Shown: one piece after another, positions 59,164 to 64,000 of the stretch
Position numbering within the stretch: position 1 is the first letter of the stretch
Layout: every line of letters begins with the position of its first letter
Assembly: GCA_963711835.1 (NCBI GenBank)
Contig: CAVQFQ010000017.1
Location: 64,001-128,000, forward strand
Direction: 5' to 3'
Source of the DNA: an uncultured delta proteobacterium
Lineage (GTDB): Bacteria; Desulfobacterota; RBG-13-43-22
DNA: 64,000 bases
Program-made: the position numbers and the translations under genes
Notes under the pieces: generated by a model
Told to the model about the DNA's origin: nothing
The model's input: only the letters and a program-made list of their open reading frames with translations
Database searches by the model: none

Positions 59164-60459
59164 CTACTTCATCCAGGGGGGCAGCTTAACAGGGACCATC
59201 CCTTTATAAGTGATCTCGGGCGCCCCCGGGGCCGCCACCCACTTATTCGGCCACACCCCGACCAATTTGCCGTCCTGCCACTGGACCCCCAGGCTGGTCA
59301 AGTACCCCGGGCCCCAGGTTAAATCATGGGTCGGTTTGCCCTCTGCGTTCTTTTCATATTTGACGACCCCACCGGGGGTCTTATATACCCGGTTCTCCAG
59401 GTTGGCGACTATCTTATCGGCATCCAGACTCCCTACGGCCTCGATGCTTGGGACCAGGCCATAGAGGATGGCGGCATAGGTGTCGGCCGTATAGGTTGGA
59501 GTCTGCTTAAACTCCTTAATGTAGCGGTCCATAAATGGTTTTGTCAGTTCATTATACTCTATCCCCCGGGCATAGGTGTTCATGGTCATGACATAATTCC
59601 CCATACCCTTGGTGGCTTCCCAGAAACCGTCCTTTTGGGACTCGACATTGATGCCCACCTGGAGGGCCGGGATCTTGAGTTCCCCGGCCTGCCGGGCAAA
59701 GGTAATTCCAATCGATCCTGAGAAAATGGTAAAGATCACGTTGGCCCCGCTCTTCTGTATGGCCGAAAGCTCGGCGGTGACATCCGTGGCCAGGGCGGAA
59801 GGCTGCCATGTCCCGACCAGCTCTAAGCCCATCTTGGGAATGACGCCCTGGGCGGCCTTGACCATGCCTTCGGTCCAGGCCAGCTTCTCAGCCACGATAG
59901 CGACTTTGACAGGGACATTCAATTCCTTCTTAATGACCCCTGCACATAAGCCCAGATGGGCAAAACTGGTTCGCGCCAGATAACTGGATTTGAAGGGGGT
60001 GCCCCGGAAGAAGTATTTGTAGCGGTCATAATCTTTGCCAACCCGATCGCAGATCGAATCGGTTGCGGCCCCGCAGCCTATAAAGATCTTTTTGTAATCC
60101 ATGGCAATGTCCTGCATGGGCAGAACGGCCTCGGTCCTGAACCCGCCGACAACAAAATCCACCTTGTCCTTGGTCATTAACCGTTCCATGGCGTTGGCGG
60201 CATCGGCGGGGTTTTTATCTTCATTTGAGTCGGCCTTGACCAGCTCGATTTTCATTTTTTCCTTGCCGACCTGAACGCCTCCTTTGGCATTGATCTCCTC
60301 AGCGGCCATAGTGGCGCCATCCCAATGGTGCCTGCCTTCTATACTCTGCATCGGTCCGATGACCCCGATCTTGATGGTTTTTCCCCAGGCGGGAAGACCC
60401 ACAAATAGGACCAGCACCAATGACATGACTACCATCCATCCGAAAGGTGACTTCCTCAT
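59164..60459 (-). CDS. LivK/LivJ-type ABC substrate-binding protein
   Basis: Signal peptide; IKIGVIGP, A.EEINAKGG. Confidence 0.88.
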   Translation of the reverse strand: MRKSPFGWMVVMSLVLVLFVGLPAWGKTIKIGVIGPMQSIEGRHHWDGATMAAEEINAKGGVQVGKEKMKIELVKADSNEDKNPADAANAMERLMTKDKVDFVVGGFRTEAVLPMQDIAMDYKKIFIGCGAATDSICDRVGKDYDRYKYFFRGTPFKSSYLARTSFAHLGLCAGVIKKELNVPVKVAIVAEKLAWTEGMVKAAQGVIPKMGLELVGTWQPSALATDVTAELSAIQKSGANVIFTIFSGSIGITFARQAGELKIPALQVGINVESQKDGFWEATKGMGNYVMTMNTYARGIEYNELTKPFMDRYIKEFKQTPTYTADTYAAILYGLVPSIEAVGSLDADKIVANLENRVYKTPGGVVKYEKNAEGKPTHDLTWGPGYLTSLGVQWQDGKLVGVWPNKWVAAPGAPEITYKGMVPVKLPPWMK

Positions 60460-60977
60460 TGTCCTTACCTCCTTTTGTAAATAAGGTTATGGTTATTTTA
60501 ATTATCTTGAAGGGTATTCGGAAAGCCGCAGGTCTGATCAGCGTTTAAAGGGGGGCACCTTTGGCAACATCCATCCCGCACTCCTGTTCATTTTAAGGTT
60601 TAAAAGAAATTCACCATCTCTATCAAACAACCCCGCCTACGGCGGATAGAACAATTTCAGGACTGGTTGGAATTCGTCAGGCGCTTTTCTCAGTCAGGGA
60701 ATATTGGATAGCTTCGTATCAAAAGAATTTTCAAATGTCAATATTTTTTTTCCCGGTCGGCTGATGAATCCTATTTTTTTTCTTGACTTTTTACAAGCTC
60801 TTTTCCAAAAATAGGGGTAAATTAAATGTCTATTAAGAATTTCCGCTTCTAAATTTTAGGGCATCTCCATTAATTGCTTTTTCCTTATCAGACCGGGCCC
60901 AGACCGGGGAAGGGCTTCCTCTCCCCGCACCGTGCGGTCGAAGGAGCCGGCCGATTAAGACCAAGGAGGTTTTGAAC

Positions 60978-62312
60978 ATGGATAGGGAACGGTTTATGGC
61001 CGCCATTGTGCGCTACGAAAATCCCCTGGAATCGGTCCGAAAGGCCGTTGACCTTTCCAACGGCCTGGATCGCCTTCCGGCCAAAGCCAGGGTTTTTATC
61101 AAACCCAATATCGTCTTCTGGACCCGGGTGGTCCCCTTTCCCAAGTGGGGGGTCATTACCACCTCGCGGGTGGTGGAAGACATGGTGGTTCTCCTGAAGG
61201 AAAGGGGCATCGAAGACATCACCATCGGAGAGGGCACGGTGACCATGAACCCCAAAGACACCGCCACCTCGGCCCATGCCTTTGAGACCCTGGGTTACCT
61301 AACCCTTCAGAAGCGCTATGGGGTCAAATACCTCAACGTCTTCGAGCGGCCTTTCAAAAAATTGGACCTGGGAGAGGGGATCGTCCTTCACTTCAACAGC
61401 GACGCCTTAGACAGCGACTTTGTGATTGACCTGCCGGTCCTGAAAACTCATAACCAGGCCAAGGTCAGTTTGGGCATTAAAAACCTGAAAGGCCTGCTGA
61501 ACATCAATTCCAGGAAAAAGTGCCACAGCGCTGATCCGGAGAAGGATCTCAATTATCTGATTGCCCGTCTGCCGGAGAGACTTCCCCCGGTTTTTACCCT
61601 TCTGGACGGCATTTACACCAACGAAAGGGGTCCCAGTTTCGACGGCCGGATCCGCCGCAGCAACCTCCTGGTGGCCTCGGCCGATTTGCTTTCCGCCGAT
61701 ATGGTCGGAGCCAAGGTCCTGGGCTATGAACCGGCCGCTGTCCCCCACCTGGTCCATGCGGCCCGCAACCAGGGCCGGCCTTTGGATTTGTCGGACATCG
61801 AACTGAAGGGAGAAAATCTCTCCGAGGTGGCCTCCTTCCATGAATACGACTTTGCTTATGTGGAAAATGAAAACGGCATCATGCCCGTGCCCCTGGCCAA
61901 GGAAGGCCTCAAGGGCCTGACCTATCACAAGTACGATCTTTCCATGTGCACCTATTGTTCCGGGATCAACGGTTTGATGCTGACCGCCATTCGCAACGCT
62001 TGGAAAGGCCAACCCTGGGACGAGATCGAGGTATTGACCGGCAAGATGATGAAACCGACCCCGGGCAAGAAAAAAACCATCTTGATCGGCCAGTGCATCT
62101 ATCAGGCCAATAAAAACCATCCGAATATCCAGGAAATGATCGCCGTTAAAGGCTGTCCGCCTAAAATGGAGGACTTGGTCAAGGCCCTTCACCAGGCCGG
62201 AATCGAGGCCAATCCGGTCCTTTTTGAAAACTTCGACCAACTGCCCGGTTTCTTTTTGCAGCGCTACCAGGGCAAGGCGGAGTTTGACGAGTCTTTTTTC
62301 CGAGTGGCCTAA
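60978..62312 (+). CDS. DUF362-domain protein
   Basis: VFIKPN, GEG, LPVLKTH, LGIKNLKG; C-terminal CTYC and GCPP. Confidence 0.8.
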   Translation: MDRERFMAAIVRYENPLESVRKAVDLSNGLDRLPAKARVFIKPNIVFWTRVVPFPKWGVITTSRVVEDMVVLLKERGIEDITIGEGTVTMNPKDTATSAHAFETLGYLTLQKRYGVKYLNVFERPFKKLDLGEGIVLHFNSDALDSDFVIDLPVLKTHNQAKVSLGIKNLKGLLNINSRKKCHSADPEKDLNYLIARLPERLPPVFTLLDGIYTNERGPSFDGRIRRSNLLVASADLLSADMVGAKVLGYEPAAVPHLVHAARNQGRPLDLSDIELKGENLSEVASFHEYDFAYVENENGIMPVPLAKEGLKGLTYHKYDLSMCTYCSGINGLMLTAIRNAWKGQPWDEIEVLTGKMMKPTPGKKKTILIGQCIYQANKNHPNIQEMIAVKGCPPKMEDLVKALHQAGIEANPVLFENFDQLPGFFLQRYQGKAEFDESFFRVA

Positions 62313-62317
62313 CGGGG

Positions 62318-62626
62318 TGGTAACGTTCAAAAGTTGAGGCATTATATTTCTGATACCCGATGAAAGGGACCAGGGGTCTCGATTTCAAGGATTGTCCGCC
62401 AAATCGCCGGCACCCTGACCCCGGGCAGGAAGTTTATAAGTGGGTTTAGAAACAGGCCAACACCAAAGCGATTTATCGTCTTAGGTGAATGCCCGGCTCC
62501 CAACCAACTTAGAAATTCGGGCCGGATTGGGGCTACGGATTACCTTTCGGACAACCTTGAAATCGAGACCCCCGGTCCCCAAGTCAGGCAATAATACACC
62601 AGTGCCACAACTTTTGAACGTTACCA
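62318..62626. mobile_element. Nested palindromic element, copy C (opposite orientation to A and B)
   Basis: Outer 19-bp IR TGGTAACGTTCAAAAGTTG; inner IR GGGAC..GGGGTCTCGATTTCAAGG spanning 62366-62579. Confidence 0.85.
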
Positions 62627-62663
62627 AGGGGGTATAGAAAATCAAGAAGAGGAGCTCTAACCT

Positions 62664-64000
62664 ATGAAAATGGAATACCAGACCATAAAGGTGACTGTGA
62701 AAGATGCGCTGGCCCTGTTGGCCATTGATAATCCGCCGGTCAACCAGATGGCGCCTCAAATGATCCGGGATTTTCGCGAGGCCGTCACCGAGGCCTTCAA
62801 AGACGACCAGATAAAGGCCGTCATCATCACCGGAACCGGGAAAAACTTCATCGCCGGGGCGGACATCACCCAGCTCCAGCGCGTCGTGGACAAGGACCAG
62901 ATTTTCCCGGTCGTCCTGGAAGGCAACCGCTTCCAGAACAGCATCGAAACCGGCCCGAAACCGTTCATTGCCGCCATCAACGGCAACTGCCTGGGAGGCG
63001 GGCTGGAGACGGCCATGTGCTGCCACTACCGGGTTGCCGTCAAGGGCGTCAATCTTGGACAACCCGAAGTGCAGATCGGACTTATCCCCGGAGGCGGCGG
63101 GACCCAGCGACTGCCCCGTCTGATCGGGCTGCCCAACGCCCTTGAAATGATCACCACGGGCAAGCCCATCAAGGCCGAGAAGGCCTTTCAGAGGGCGCTG
63201 GTGGATGAGGTGGCGGACCCGGACCAACTCCTGGAGGCGGCCTTGAAGGCCGCCCGGCAAGTTTATCTAAGGACGAGCTGAATCTCAAAATGCGGATGAC
63301 CCGCAACATCATACGACCGCCTTCCCAGCGCAGCTGAGAAGCAGGCCCTGATCAATTATACCAAGTTTATGACCGCTCAGAAGGCCAAGGGTTACCTTGC
63401 GCCGTTTAAGGCCATCGATGCCTTTGAGCAGGGTCTTAGTTACGATATCGAGGCCGACATCGAGAAGGAGGTGGATCTTTTCAGCGACTGCGCCGTTTCC
63501 GATGTGGCCAAGAACCTGATCAACATCTTTCTCAACACCCGGGCCGCCGGCAGACTGAAGCGCATCGAAGGGTCTGGAACCGGCGAAGATCAAGAAAGTG
63601 GCCATGCTGGGGGGCGGGGTCATGGGCTCGGGCATCGTCAACCTGCTGCTTAAAAATGGCTTCGAGGCCATCCTGTGGGACATCAACGACCAGGCCCTGC
63701 AAAAAGGGCTGTCAGCCGTCCGCAAGAACTTCGCCTATCCCATCAAGAAAAAGAAGATGACCGAAAAGGATCTGGAAAACCTGATGGCCCAGCGGCTGAC
63801 GACCACCACCTCCCTGCAGGATTTGAAGGAGGTGGACCTGGTCATCGAGGCCGTGCTTGGAGGACATGAAGGTCAAGCAGGATATCTGGAAACAACTGGA
63901 AGGCATCTGCCGGCCCACACGGTATGTTCGGCACCAACACCTCCGCCCTGCCCATTACCGAGATGGCCTAGATCCTGAAGGATCCCGGGCCGGATGATCG
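62664..64000 (+). CDS. FadB/FadJ-like enoyl-CoA hydratase / 3-hydroxyacyl-CoA dehydrogenase; multiply frameshifted and runs off the window
   Basis: Crotonase motifs FIAGADI, GGGLE, PEV..GLIPG.GGTQRL; then fragments with GGGVMGSGI, DLVIEAV, TNTS in shifting frames. Confidence 0.85.

Noticed and set aside
60515-60560. GAAAGCCGCAGGTCTGA, resembling part of a c-di-GMP-I riboswitch
   Set aside because: The upstream GNRA-capped stem and the closing stem are missing, and it is antisense to the nearest gene.

Overview
This 64-kb window looks like core or metabolic chromosome from an anaerobic deltaproteobacterium (Desulfobacterota or syntroph-like; inferred from gene content only). From left to right it holds: a B3/B4 editing-domain gene, a PIN/AbrB toxin-antitoxin pair, PAS and Cache histidine kinases, an acetate-activation locus (CoA-transferase-GNAT fusion, acs, MFS transporter, AcuC-type deacetylase), tRNA-Phe, rsmE/prmA, larB, a radical SAM enzyme, a CCA/poly(A) polymerase, rfbABD, a divergent pgk, a pdaD-speB-DHS-like polyamine operon, an RRM/DEAD-box divergon, a large acyl-CoA cluster, a secreted beta-propeller, a liv-type ABC transporter and a frameshifted FadB/J-like gene. 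I found no CRISPR array, integrase or transposase. The best leads are: (1) a CoA-transferase domain whose catalytic Glu is replaced by Arg, fused to a GNAT, next to acs and a deacetylase, suggesting a new type of allosteric lysine-acetylation switch; (2) a family of nested, covarying palindromic elements whose shells and cores are reshuffled between copies; (3) a DUF2889 / DUF2889-PHP / DUF169-CoaE operon; (4) an lva/ACAD10-11-like kinase-dehydrogenase-SDR module; (5) paired ~230-nt structured leaders on the RRM/DEAD-box divergon. Frameshifts cluster after 56.9 kb and are probably assembly errors. All family calls come from motif recognition, not database searches.
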